A stretch of 64,000 nt of DNA, from the IMG/VR virus record IMGVR_UViG_3300025930_000007, positions 186,001-250,000 of that record; one strand, 5' to 3'. The notes under the pieces were generated by a model, which saw only the letters and a list, made by a program, of their open reading frames with translations, ran no database searches and was not told where the DNA came from. Positions 1 through 9,832 of the stretch are shown piece after piece (position 1 is the stretch's first letter; each line of letters starts with the position of its first letter). Position numbers and translations under genes: made by a program.

Positions 1-28
1 TGGTAGACCGCGTTTACCTCTGGGTCAA
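1..28 (-). promoter_or_regulatory. sigma70-like promoter TTGACC-17-TACCA(.) with GGTAAAC box, cut by window edge
   Basis: Minus strand TTGACC CAGAGGTAAACGCGGTC TACCA; same layout as promoters at 13021 and 42087. Confidence 0.6.
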
Positions 29-45
29 GATAAAAATGACGCGAG

Positions 46-432
46 CTACCAACCCATTTTCTCGCGCTGACGCTTGTTCAAGATGTCCTGCCAGGCGCTC
101 GGAGGCATCCAGAAGACGATATGTACGCCGGCGTTGATGGACTCGAAGTTCACTTGATCCCATCCGTTGTGCTTTAGGACTCTCATCACCTTTTCCCAGT
201 TCTTGTGTTCGTTTCTTACCGTGCTCCAAGGATCTTGAATCCAGCCGTATTCCGTCCCGACGATGACGACTCCAGGATCTGGATCATGCCAGCCTTGAGC
301 GACACCATCATCCGACCAGGAGGGACGGACTGACTCCAGATATTCCTTGCGAGCGGGAGGTCCATAAACTTGAACAAACGCCTCGCGGACGGCATCCGCG
401 AATTGATTGGCGATCTGGTCGATTTTGCTCAT
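46..432 (-). CDS. hypothetical protein ending ...REKMGW
   Basis: 128 aa ORF, last gene of the 2164-46 operon. Confidence 0.75.
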   Translation of the reverse strand: MSKIDQIANQFADAVREAFVQVYGPPARKEYLESVRPSWSDDGVAQGWHDPDPGVVIVGTEYGWIQDPWSTVRNEHKNWEKVMRVLKHNGWDQVNFESINAGVHIVFWMPPSAWQDILNKRQREKMGW

Positions 433-440
433 TGTGTCCC

Positions 441-1304
441 TCAGGGACAGCAGAAGGCCGTGTTGTCGGGGATGTTCCCGTTCGCGAAGAAGATGCTATC
501 GAAGGAGCCCTTCCCGTCGGCCTCATCGTTGTCCGTAATGATGATATCCATAACGGAAGGAGCTCCGGTGACAGGTCCAGGGACCAAAGGCGTGAGCGGG
601 ACATTCACGCCGTCCAACGTCAGAGTAAGGTTGCCCAGGCCATCACCCTTTAAGATGACCGAGTGCGTCGCCCCTTGCGCCGGAGTCCATGTGAACGTAT
701 CGAGAGTCGCCAGGTCTCCGGCAAAGCCAGTTCCATCACCCGTAAACTGGACGAGAGCCACCGCGTTACCGGCGCCGTTGAAAGCTCCGATGATATAGAC
801 CTTGTTGAAGGTCGGGGTAAAGTTGACCTCGGTGAACTCAAACCTCAACGTCCACGTCCCCGCCGGAGTCAGGACGGATTTTCTGATCTCGCCCTGAGGG
901 AGTCCGCTGAAGAGTGGACCGCTCCCGAGGTAGACCTTCTGGTCCGCGAAGACAACGGTGCCTGGTGGAGTTTCCACGCTCCAGCCGACGTTTCCCGTGG
1001 TAAAGCAATCGGCGAAGAGGTCGGCATTCACGCAGACAGGAGTAGGAGGCGGTGTCGGCGTAGGCGCAGGCGAAGGAGTAGGCGCAGGAGTCCCATTGTT
1101 TGCCCAAAGGCCAGAGGCCGGACCTCCGGTGGGCGAGAGACTCGGACGAGCCGTGGGCGTGGGTGCTGCCACGTTGAAGCAAACCATCTGAGGAGGCCGA
1201 TTAGGTTGCACGGGCGGCTTCACCGTGCATATGGCCTTCGGTGGTCGAACAACAGAGGGCGGCGCGGTCGGACGGGCAGGGCCCGGACGAGGCTTCCCCA
1301 TCAT
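441..1304 (-). CDS. Pro-rich N-terminus plus beta-rich domain; possible virion surface protein
   Basis: PAPTPSPAPTPTPPP linker then Gly/Thr/aromatic beta-strand pattern; start overlaps upstream stop. Confidence 0.6.
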   Translation of the reverse strand: MMGKPRPGPARPTAPPSVVRPPKAICTVKPPVQPNRPPQMVCFNVAAPTPTARPSLSPTGGPASGLWANNGTPAPTPSPAPTPTPPPTPVCVNADLFADCFTTGNVGWSVETPPGTVVFADQKVYLGSGPLFSGLPQGEIRKSVLTPAGTWTLRFEFTEVNFTPTFNKVYIIGAFNGAGNAVALVQFTGDGTGFAGDLATLDTFTWTPAQGATHSVILKGDGLGNLTLTLDGVNVPLTPLVPGPVTGAPSVMDIIITDNDEADGKGSFDSIFFANGNIPDNTAFCCP

Positions 1305-1606
1305 CAGGTCACCAGATCGATCATAACAACTTCGATATCGTCATCCAGCGGTCCCATGTCCGAACGCCAATCATCCCACTCGGAGATCGCATCCGTCCAC
1401 CGCTCTTCCTTGACTGCCTTGATGATGGAGCGAAGCTTGTCCGCATCATCCTCATCGAATCCGATCGAATCAAGGTCGGTTTGAGCCAGATATTCGATGC
1501 TCTTGGCCGCGGCTTGGTTCGCGACATGCTCGTTCAGGAACACGGTATAGTCCGTTTCCCTCGAGATGTCCTTGGAGATCAACAGCCATGCCTTATCAGC
1601 AGCCAT
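1304..1606 (-). CDS. hypothetical protein, distant member of the repeat-domain family at 45366-47058
   Basis: NEHVANQAA and WTDAISEWDDW resemble NEERAKQDA and VWGAYDEWHRF. Confidence 0.65.
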   Translation of the reverse strand: MAADKAWLLISKDISRETDYTVFLNEHVANQAAAKSIEYLAQTDLDSIGFDEDDADKLRSIIKAVKEERWTDAISEWDDWRSDMGPLDDDIEVVMIDLVT

Positions 1607-1609
1607 TTT

Positions 1610-2164
1610 TTATCCCTTGAAGTCGATCCGTGGATGTCTCTGCTCATCGATGACGAATCCAAAAGGACTACGTTCATCGTACTCGTCTGCCGGTACGACG
1701 AAATAAGCCGTGTCCTTGGGAAGCTTGTAGTCGGCCGTGCGGCCGCCGCGGCCAGCGAAGACCACGACTTGACCCGGAGGGACCTGGCTGTGCCAGTCGC
1801 CCCAAGCCGCCAAGCCGAGATAATCGTTCTTATGTAGAATCTTGAATGCGGTCTCGTCTTTAGCGCGAGATTCTCCCGGAGGAATAACTTCCTTGTAGTA
1901 AAGCTCGTATGCCATCGGAACGTAATTCTTCAGGATTTCCTTGGCCCGGGCTCTCTCTTCCTTGGTGAAGGCATTAGGGAAGACGGTCGCTACGATCGAC
2001 CAGTCGACATCCTCTTCATAAGCCCCATCCGGACTCCGCATGTATTCGGGAATGAGGAGGTTGAGTTGCTTTTCAACCAGGATGCCGCCATGACTGGCTG
2101 TCGAAATGCTCACGATTCCTGGAGAGAGAACCTTTCGCGACTGGACGGGGCCCCACTCGTGCAT
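1610..2164 (-). CDS. DUF7007-like protein
   Basis: WGPVQ...GIVSISTASHGG...YEEDVDWSIV pattern; AGGAG RBS. Confidence 0.6.
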   Translation of the reverse strand: MHEWGPVQSRKVLSPGIVSISTASHGGILVEKQLNLLIPEYMRSPDGAYEEDVDWSIVATVFPNAFTKEERARAKEILKNYVPMAYELYYKEVIPPGESRAKDETAFKILHKNDYLGLAAWGDWHSQVPPGQVVVFAGRGGRTADYKLPKDTAYFVVPADEYDERSPFGFVIDEQRHPRIDFKG

Positions 2165-2204
2165 GAGGATCTCCTAGGGGCGGAACAGTCGCTGAGTTTC
2201 TGGA

Positions 2205-2225
2205 CCCTCCAGGGGGACTGGAAGG
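2205..2225 (-). promoter_or_regulatory. 5' leader hairpin with TCCCC loop, after promoter TTGAAA-17-TATCCT
   Basis: Minus CCTTCCAG-TCCCC-CTGGAGGG; 14-bp identity with 45294-45307. Confidence 0.6.
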
Positions 2226-2264
2226 CCATCCCAAGGATACCTTCGGTAGGCCGCTCTTTCAAGA

Positions 2265-2771
2265 CTAGCGTGCAAGCCTCTCCAGAACCAGCTTGAGAGC
2301 CTCATCCGGTTCAAGGCGTTCAGTGTCGATCACGATCTCAGGATTTATCGGTGCCTCGTAGGGAGCTCCAAGGCCGGTGACATTCTTCTGCTCGTAGATT
2401 CCTCTCGTATCCCGGCTCTGGGCGACCGATTGGCTGCAGCGAGTGTAGATCTCGACGAACTGGATGCCGTCGCCGCCGGCTTCCGTCCTGGCCTCTTTCC
2501 TGCCCGCGAGATATGGCGAGACGCTCGCCACGACCGCGACCACCCCGTTACGAGCTAGGAGCCGCGCAATCCAGGCAATCCGCCTATTGTTTTCCAGCCG
2601 GTCTTCTTTGGAGAATCCCAGGGATGCTGAGATGACCTTCCGGATATCGTCGCCATCGATGATGTCGGCCGGCGTTCCCAGGTTTCGGTAATGACGGACG
2701 ATCCGGCGCGCGAGAGTTGTTTTTCCCGAAGCTGGAATGCCGGTGATCCAGAGGATGGGAGCCTTGCTCAC
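2265..2771 (-). CDS. cysC: adenylyl-sulfate (APS) kinase
   Basis: WITGIPASGKTT P-loop, DGDDIR, LGFSKEDR, YEAPINPE; GTG start overlaps upstream stop. Confidence 0.9.
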   Translation of the reverse strand: MSKAPILWITGIPASGKTTLARRIVRHYRNLGTPADIIDGDDIRKVISASLGFSKEDRLENNRRIAWIARLLARNGVVAVVASVSPYLAGRKEARTEAGGDGIQFVEIYTRCSQSVAQSRDTRGIYEQKNVTGLGAPYEAPINPEIVIDTERLEPDEALKLVLERLAR

Positions 2772-3007
2772 GCTTCGAGTTCCTGCGCTCCTACCCACAG
2801 TCGGAGGATCAGGTTCGCCAGTTCCTCTTGATGCTCATCGTTTGCCATATCAGCGATCGCCTGAAGATAGCCGGAATGATACGCACGCATCACGGACCCG
2901 ACAGGCGTCCTTAGCGCGGCTTCATAAGCTTCCTTGGCGCGCTCATACGCAAGATTCCGCTCTTCGACGGTGTGAAGTCCCATCAGCGGCTTTCTACGTG
3001 TCGTCAT
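2768..3007 (-). CDS. hypothetical protein
   Basis: 79 aa, GGGAG RBS, coupled to cysC. Confidence 0.65.
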   Translation of the reverse strand: MTTRRKPLMGLHTVEERNLAYERAKEAYEAALRTPVGSVMRAYHSGYLQAIADMANDEHQEELANLILRLWVGAQELEA

Positions 3008-3016
3008 AAGCGCTCC

Positions 3017-4237
3017 CTAATATTCGTGCGGCAGCAGAAGGGTCGTCATCAGATGGCCGTCGTCCGTGATGATATAGAAACGGACACCGGTAGACAACGT
3101 GTAGATACTCATCACCATGCCTTCCGTGGCCATATTCTGCCGGTTCAGATCGACATCAGGAGATTCCCCGAAGTCACCGCTGAAATGACGGTCGAGATAC
3201 TTGGCCGGCTGCTCTCCCGATTCTTCGAACGCGGCTTTCGCACCTGAAGTAATGCTCACCTGTGGTGAGGCAAATTGTGCCGGATTTGAAATGCCCATGG
3301 TCGGCGCCGGCGCCTTCGGTTGATGCCGTGCTTCGTAGCGCTTCCGTTCCTCATCGCGGCGAAGCTCAGAGATATAGAGATCATGTTCCCGCTGGCTGCG
3401 GATGTAGTTCCAGCCACCGCGAGTATCATGCTTCCTGACGTTCTTCTGCGCTTCCATCTCGTCGAATAGGGAACAGATCAGGTAAGCGTTCTTCCATGCC
3501 TTCTTAGGGACCAATTTGTCGATATTCTTCCGGATCAACGAGAAATAGGCATCCGAATATGCCTTTTCGTAAAGTTCTGCCTCGCCAGCATTCATGATCC
3601 ACTCGGATGGTGGGTGAATGAACCCAAACCAACGGATCATGGTCGGGTCAGGACTGGTTTGCCAGGTCCAGTTCCGACGTGCTTCTTCCGTGCCTTCGCG
3701 TTTGCCCTCGGAAATGATCATGGCCTTTCGAGGGTGATATTTTACGATCTCCGGCATCTTGCGTCCCAGAGTGATACCGAAATCATCTGGATCGTGACCG
3801 GCTTCTACATGAGTGGCAACTGCAGAGACCAGGCTGCAGAAGATCGGAAGTTTTCCCTCAAGCTCGCGTGGAATTAAGTCGGAAATGGATTCCTCTAATT
3901 GCTTTGTATAAGCTTCTGTGAAGGCTTCAGTCCAAATATTCCTCTCTCTGGCGCTGATGGATCTGGACTCACGGTATTGGTCCCACATCTCGCGACCGGA
4001 AATCGGGAGACCTTCTCTCAGTTCATGATCAAAGGTCTTATCCGCAAGTTCAGCGATTCTCTTGGGTGTGAGCGCCAACTCTCGTGCATCCCGCCGGAAA
4101 GCGAACCGGCTCCACGCTCTTTGGATTTCGAATAGCCCGGCTTCAGTACCGTACTCGCGCCACAGATCCAAACTACGATTTACGACCAGACGATTACCCC
4201 AGGCATTATGGTCGAAGCCGTAGGATGATCTTTTCAT
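3017..4237 (-). CDS. three-module protein: two internal repeats plus a small mobile-element domain (RHFSGDFG...TTLLLPHEY)
   Basis: AFTEAY...LIP...IFCSL versus AYSDAY...LVP...LICSL; modules separated by TLG and TMG. Confidence 0.75.
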   Translation of the reverse strand: MKRSSYGFDHNAWGNRLVVNRSLDLWREYGTEAGLFEIQRAWSRFAFRRDARELALTPKRIAELADKTFDHELREGLPISGREMWDQYRESRSISARERNIWTEAFTEAYTKQLEESISDLIPRELEGKLPIFCSLVSAVATHVEAGHDPDDFGITLGRKMPEIVKYHPRKAMIISEGKREGTEEARRNWTWQTSPDPTMIRWFGFIHPPSEWIMNAGEAELYEKAYSDAYFSLIRKNIDKLVPKKAWKNAYLICSLFDEMEAQKNVRKHDTRGGWNYIRSQREHDLYISELRRDEERKRYEARHQPKAPAPTMGISNPAQFASPQVSITSGAKAAFEESGEQPAKYLDRHFSGDFGESPDVDLNRQNMATEGMVMSIYTLSTGVRFYIITDDGHLMTTLLLPHEY

Positions 4238-4788
4238 CCCTTGCCTTTGCCTTTTCGCTTTTCCCTGTCGATAAACTGCCAGGTCCAGCCGCCGCCAAGC
4301 GGATAAAGCTTCATGGGTCCGCGGCCGCGGATATAGACCTCGACCGCCGGCTCTACCTGAGTCTCATTTTCCTGATCTTCAAAGGTGGTGATGAAGGCAT
4401 CCTGTTTGGGATCGTATACCGTAGGAGCGACGTGCTTCGTTTTCAGGGTGGTCTTTGAATACTTCATCGCCTCGTCGAATTCGAAGTATGGGACCGCCCA
4501 ACCATTCCAGTTCTCTCCGGTTGACCACACGCGATAGGTCTTCTCGACCCAATCGGCATAGACATCGACCGCTTTCCAGGCCGGGTTCTCGAGCTTCTCT
4601 TGAGGAACCTTGATGAAATCGTATTCCTCGACTTTGATCGGGTTGATGACCAGACCGAAGCCTCCACCGCGCGGGAAGGCATGAATCGTCCCGTCACCGT
4701 CCACGGAGTCGACCACGATGGCCCATTTGGTCCATTCATCGAGGTGCTTCCGCGGCACGATGATATCGTTGTGCTCAAAATAACGCAT
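4234..4788 (-). CDS. hypothetical protein (WNGWAVPYF motif)
   Basis: Start moved to ATG 4788, downstream of promoter TTGAAG-17-TATAGT and leader hairpin. Confidence 0.65.
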   Translation of the reverse strand: MRYFEHNDIIVPRKHLDEWTKWAIVVDSVDGDGTIHAFPRGGGFGLVINPIKVEEYDFIKVPQEKLENPAWKAVDVYADWVEKTYRVWSTGENWNGWAVPYFEFDEAMKYSKTTLKTKHVAPTVYDPKQDAFITTFEDQENETQVEPAVEVYIRGRGPMKLYPLGGGWTWQFIDREKRKGKGKG

Positions 4789-4816
4789 CGTGGCTCGCGG
4801 GCGGAATGCCTCTAGG

Positions 4817-4845
4817 GAAGGCCTAATGGGGGAGGGAAGGCCTTC
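4817..4845 (-). promoter_or_regulatory. 5' leader hairpin with TCCCTCCCCCATT loop
   Basis: Perfect 8-bp stem GAAGGCCT/AGGCCTTC. Confidence 0.65.
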
Positions 4846-4903
4846 TACGACACTGGTAACTATACCCTTGGCTCTAAAGGCCTTCAAGTTATAATCCTGC
4901 TGA

Positions 4904-5362
4904 ATGATCTCGATCGACGTCGGAGGAGGGCTCCTGGCCCTCATCGATGACGAAGATCTCCCCCGGGTGGCCCCCTTCACCTGGAGGATCCGCGAAGACG
5001 GCTATGTCCAGCGGACCTGGATCGAAGACGGCAAGACCTGCCATGAGCTCCTTCACCGCTTCATCATGAATGCCCGGGAAGAGGAGGTGGTGGATCACGA
5101 GAACGGTGACCGCTGGGACTGCCAGAAGGGGAACCTCAGGGTCGCAACCTTGAGCCAGAATGCCGCCAACCGCCCTACGACCTCCCTGGAAAGGGACTGG
5201 AAGGGCATTTACCCGCACGGAAACCGCTGGAAGGCCCGGATCAAGCTGGAAGGCCAGAACGTCTATCTGGGGAGCTTCCAGACGCCTCAGGAGGCCGCTT
5301 ACGCCTACGACGTGGCCGCGAAGCGCCTTTTCGGGGACTTTGCCCGCCTGAACTTCCCCTAA
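4904..5362 (+). CDS. HNH-AP2 homing-type endonuclease
   Basis: LHRFIM...VDHENGDRWDCQKGNLR HNH; WKARIK...YLGSFQTPQEAAYAYD AP2; TATAAT at 4890-4895. Confidence 0.9.
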   Translation: MISIDVGGGLLALIDDEDLPRVAPFTWRIREDGYVQRTWIEDGKTCHELLHRFIMNAREEEVVDHENGDRWDCQKGNLRVATLSQNAANRPTTSLERDWKGIYPHGNRWKARIKLEGQNVYLGSFQTPQEAAYAYDVAAKRLFGDFARLNFP

Positions 5363-5661
5363 CGGCTTCGCAACGACCAGAGGGACTTCCCCTCGTTCTT
5401 CTTCACCCAGGCCTCGATCGCCGGCTTGAGATCTTCAATTGAAAGTGCCTGGGCAATCGCTGGGCTGTATTTGTTGATCGAAGGTTGTTCATCCGGGGAA
5501 TGTTTCGGAACGGCAAGCAAGGCGCCGGCGGGAAGGTGGATTGGAAGGGATCCGTCTCGAGGTGTCAAGGTGACCGGAGGAATCAGATATCCGGCGAATT
5601 TCCCATCCGAGGTCTTCCAAGGGTAGATGTCGTTCTGCGGGTCCCCGACCAGGATGGTCAT
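5359..5661 (-). CDS. hypothetical protein, probably leaderless
   Basis: TATACT 7 nt upstream of ATG. Confidence 0.65.
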   Translation of the reverse strand: MTILVGDPQNDIYPWKTSDGKFAGYLIPPVTLTPRDGSLPIHLPAGALLAVPKHSPDEQPSINKYSPAIAQALSIEDLKPAIEAWVKKNEGKSLWSLRSR

Positions 5662-5889
5662 GGGCTGAAGTATAGCCTAGACCTTCATCTCTTTCCAACT
5701 GATCCGTTCGGACTTCTTGTGCGTGAATCTCGTCAAGGTAACCTCAAAGCCATTCTCCTTGAGGGCCTTCACGAGGATCCGGGAGAGGTCCTCCCGCGCG
5801 ATCGAGATCGCATCGTAGCACTCCTTCCCACCCGGCTCCTTCTGGATCCGGATGTTGAAGTAGACATCGGTGCTCTTTTCGACGTTCAT

Positions 5890-6261
5890 CTATTCAAGGG
5901 CTTTCTCACATTCCACCGAGCAGCAGCAAGTCGCCGGCGCTCCGGCATACACCAAGTCGCCGCAGTTCATGCACTTCCCGATCGGGAGCGGGCCATGATC
6001 TCGCTCGTTGTATTCCTCGTAGCAGCCCTGCTTACCCATCTTGAACTGTCCGACGGTGGGATCGACAACCGTTCCATCGGGAGTCTTGAGCCACCAGTGC
6101 GCCGGCATCCCGTCGATAGGCGACGTGTAATAGCCGCGGCAGAGGATGAGCTCAGGAAACGCTCTCTGCATTTCCTTCGATCTGGCCTGGCACATCCCGG
6201 CACCCAGATTCCCTTTGTAATTGGCGATCCAGGCATCGTACTCATCCGTCTTCGCAGTCAT
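5890..6261 (-). CDS. small papain/transglutaminase-like Cys-His-Asp protein
   Basis: GMC...AHWWL...VVDPTVGQF. Confidence 0.45.
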   Translation of the reverse strand: MTAKTDEYDAWIANYKGNLGAGMCQARSKEMQRAFPELILCRGYYTSPIDGMPAHWWLKTPDGTVVDPTVGQFKMGKQGCYEEYNERDHGPLPIGKCMNCGDLVYAGAPATCCCSVECEKALE

Positions 6262-9200
6262 TTCTTGTCCTTCTCGCAGATGCAGGTCCCCATTCCATTC
6301 ATGAGGGATCCGCACATCCGGTTTTCATGACGAAAGTGATTGCAAGCCCAGCAGCGCGGATGCGTCCCCAGCTTCCACGCGCCAAACACTGCTGCGATAC
6401 AGACGATCAGGACGACCATGATGACGAGCAGCCGGCCACAGCCATCCGACTGTTCCTGTTTCTTGATCGATTCACTTACCGGCTGCCAGCGACTCATCGG
6501 TTAACTCTCTGATCATTCTTCGAAGTTGCCATGATCTGGATGCGGATCTCCTCCCATCCCTTGCGGGCGGCTTTTCCGGTGATCTCATAGTACTCACCGC
6601 CTTTCACCTCGATCCGGAGTTCATCGCACTCCGGATCATTGTCGGGATCCTTGTCGAACCTGATCTCCGTGATGCTCTTGAGTGGGACTCCGATCTGGCT
6701 CTCTTCGTCATCCGTGAAGTAGATAAAAGTCATCGGCTCTCCTTCCTATTCCTTGATTGACAGATTGATCGCATTGGTCGCCAGTTCGATCAGGTCGACG
6801 GGCGAGCAGGTCGAACAGTGGTAGCCCATACATTGGTGCTGCCGGGCCCGGTTGCCCAAACTGTCCCGGATCTCGACCAAGGCATCTCTCGTGGCCTGAG
6901 CATGCTGATGGAGCAGGCAGAAAGCTACTTCAGGAGCAGCCGAGCCGTCCTCATAAATCAGCATCTCGCAGCCGCACTCCAGTTCCTGCTTGATCAATCA
7001 GTCCCCCACCTTCGTCATCCACCTGTCGAACTTCCGTTGAAGGGCGGTCTTCGTCTCCGTGAAGGCCGAAGACGCGCAGACCAGGACGTGCGTCTCGGGC
7101 TTGAACCAGTCCTTCCAGATCAATTTGATGAACGCATCTGCATTCCGCGAGCTGAAGAACTTGCATGAGAATTCGGCGCCGCGACCGTTGCTGTCGTAGA
7201 AAGTCTCGTACCAGTCACCCCGTTCGTCGTCCCAAACGGGATTCGGCTCTTCTTTGATGGAAACGTGATAGTGAGGATTCCCAGGCCATCGATCGACTCT
7301 GACGATGACCTGGCGCCGTTTGTCACAAGGAAACTTGCGCTTCAGAGGGAAATGGTGGTCCTCAAGATACTTCTCCCAGCGACGTTTGTCGTGGTCGATC
7401 CGCTCGTCAAGACTGGTCTTCTTTGCCATTACCGGGACACGTCCATGATGTCGTAGGCAATCTGCCTCGCGCAGTTGCAGTTCTTGCCCTGGCACTTCCA
7501 GACGTGATCCGCCGCGATCTGCCGGCAGCGATCGCGTTCCGCCAGGATAGCCGCCTGCGTCTCCATGAAGTGAGGAGGCAATCCAGGAGGCGACTCTGGA
7601 ATGATGATGACGCGATTCGGCCCGTGCGTCGCGCAACTCATCCGGCCGCCGGTGGAATCGCAGCCCGGACAGCCTTGGATCGGTATGTTGTCCATTGCTG
7701 GCTCCTCAGGTCTTCTGAACCACTTCCACCCAGGCCGGCTCAACGAACCGTCCGGTCTTATTCTCTTCGCAGTCTTTGTTCGCGCAGATCCAGGCGACTT
7801 CTTCGCGACGGTAGGCTTGTCCTTCGTCAACGCCCAAGACGCTGATTGTCTTGGAGGCAAGCATCCACCCACACTTGCAGCTTGGAATCTTCATGGCTAA
7901 ACAGACTCCCAGTTAACATCCCCGCAGCGCCAACACCAAAGCCATCCTTGAGCGTCCTGGCCTTCGCCCCAATAATCCACGCCGCCGCCCTCGACATGCT
8001 CGAACAGCTCTATCGTGCGGCCTTCGGTATCGTCTTTGTCGGCGTAGATCACGATCTCGTCGCGGTAGTCATCGAAGCCGCAGCTCGGGCAGCAGTAATT
8101 GTCCTCGACCAGCCAGCGCAGGAAGCGCTTGAGGCGCGTAAGGTGCCCACTCCAGAGCCAGTCCTTGACCTTAGGATAGAGCGGATACCGCGCCTTCCAC
8201 CCGCTCGAGCCTCCTTCGCGCAGGTCCCAGTGACTGAACCTGCTCCAAAGCCTCCGCGCCGGCACTCGGATGAAGAAGGCGAAGAAACGCCAGAACCACC
8301 AATACCTCGAACGTTCCGGCGGCCGCATGGTAGGCCTGGGAGGACGCTCATCATAGTCGTCGAAGGCCTCGTCCTCGATATGCCGGCGATGGTTCTCATT
8401 GTCGAAATCCAGCTCGGTGCCGGGCGGCAGCGCGATCTTCGTCTTCCTGCTCATCTGCGTTCCCCTCTCCAGTAAGCTTCGACTTCCTCCACCGTCCGGG
8501 TATCCGGTCGATGGCAGGGACATGGGCATAGATTCGTCTGGCGCGCCGTTTCCGTCTGCAGGTACGGATGGCCGCAAGAACTGCATTCCTTACCAGGAGG
8601 CAGAGGCGTCATGAGGTCTTCTTCTCGCTCGATAAGTGAAGTGTTGCCATATCCGCTTCGCTCACGGCCGCGAAGACGGCATTTTTCGGATCCAGCCTCC
8701 AGGCCTTGCCGTAGATCTTGCCCCGTTCGTGGGAGATGACCGCGCACCAGCGGCCGCGGCTATAGGAAAGGGTGAAGCGCATCCACCGGGATCTCTTCAG
8801 GATCCGGTCGACGCCGTCCAGGAGTGGCTCTTCGCTCATTTTCTGGACTTCCTGCATGCCGGGCATGACTTCTGCCAGCCGCAATGAGAGCAGTGTCCCG
8901 ACCAGCAGTTTTCTTTGCAACGCTTGGTCGGCTGGCAGCGGAAGGGCTTCATTCCTGCCATTTTGTGATGACGTTCCAACGGCTTATGGCCTCTTTTGGG
9001 GCACGTCCTCTTGCCGCAGCGCGTTCTCTTATCCATGGATCGTAACGGTGACTCGCACCGCTTCCCAGCCCTTCCAGCACCGGTTCTTCGGATCTGGCTT
9101 CATTCTGAAGAGGATCGGCAGATCCATCCCGGACGTCCCGTAATACAGCCCCCTCTTCTTCATCGCCCAGGCGGTCACCCGCTTCATCTTTGGGCTCATG

Positions 9201-9478
9201 GTGCTGAGGTCTTTGATCATGATCAGCGACATCCCTTCTGATGGCTCTGGATGGAGAAGGTGTAGCCCTTCTGTATCATGTTCACGATGCTGCTGACCAG
9301 GCAGGCCGGCGCGAAGTCCGGCATCAGGAGCAAATCAGGTTCCGGTCTACCCTGCTCGAACGAAAGGGTCACATGTTGCGGTTCCGTGATCCCTTCTTTG
9401 TAGAGGGCACCTTCCAGGGAAAAGCTTCCGCAGGTCTCGAGCCATTCCTTCGTAATGTTCATGTTAAATCCTGCTCGT

Positions 9479-9832
9479 TCAAATGCCACAGATCGGACAG
9501 ATCCCATCCACCATCACCTTGCGGTGGTCGAGACAGAAGACGCCCTTCTGCTGTTTTGGCATTTCGGTGAGCGTCCCGATCTCTCTGGAATAGTTCATGA
9601 ACTTCTTCAACTTCTCGATCTTCGCCGCCTTGTCCTCATCGCGAATGATGAGGCCGAGCAGCTCCGCGGTCGCCATGAGGTCAGCCAGTTCTCGCTCGAG
9701 GCGCCGCTTATTGTCCTCGGCCTGACCAGGTTGGATCTCGGTCATCCCGAAACGCGCGGCCTTGCAGGCTCGCTGTGCGACCTCGGCGCACTCTTCAGTC
9801 AGGACCGTCAGCAGATGCTCGAGCTCGTTCAT
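9479..9832 (-). CDS. MazG-like nucleotide pyrophosphohydrolase
   Basis: LTEECAEVAQ...K...LERELADL acidic helix pattern. Confidence 0.65.
   Translation of the reverse strand: MNELEHLLTVLTEECAEVAQRACKAARFGMTEIQPGQAEDNKRRLERELADLMATAELLGLIIRDEDKAAKIEKLKKFMNYSREIGTLTEMPKQQKGVFCLDHRKVMVDGICPICGI

Noticed and set aside
4789-4980. N-terminal extension of ORF 4234-4980 given in the track
   Set aside because: It overlaps the HNH gene, two promoters and the leader hairpin; ATG 4788 is more plausible.
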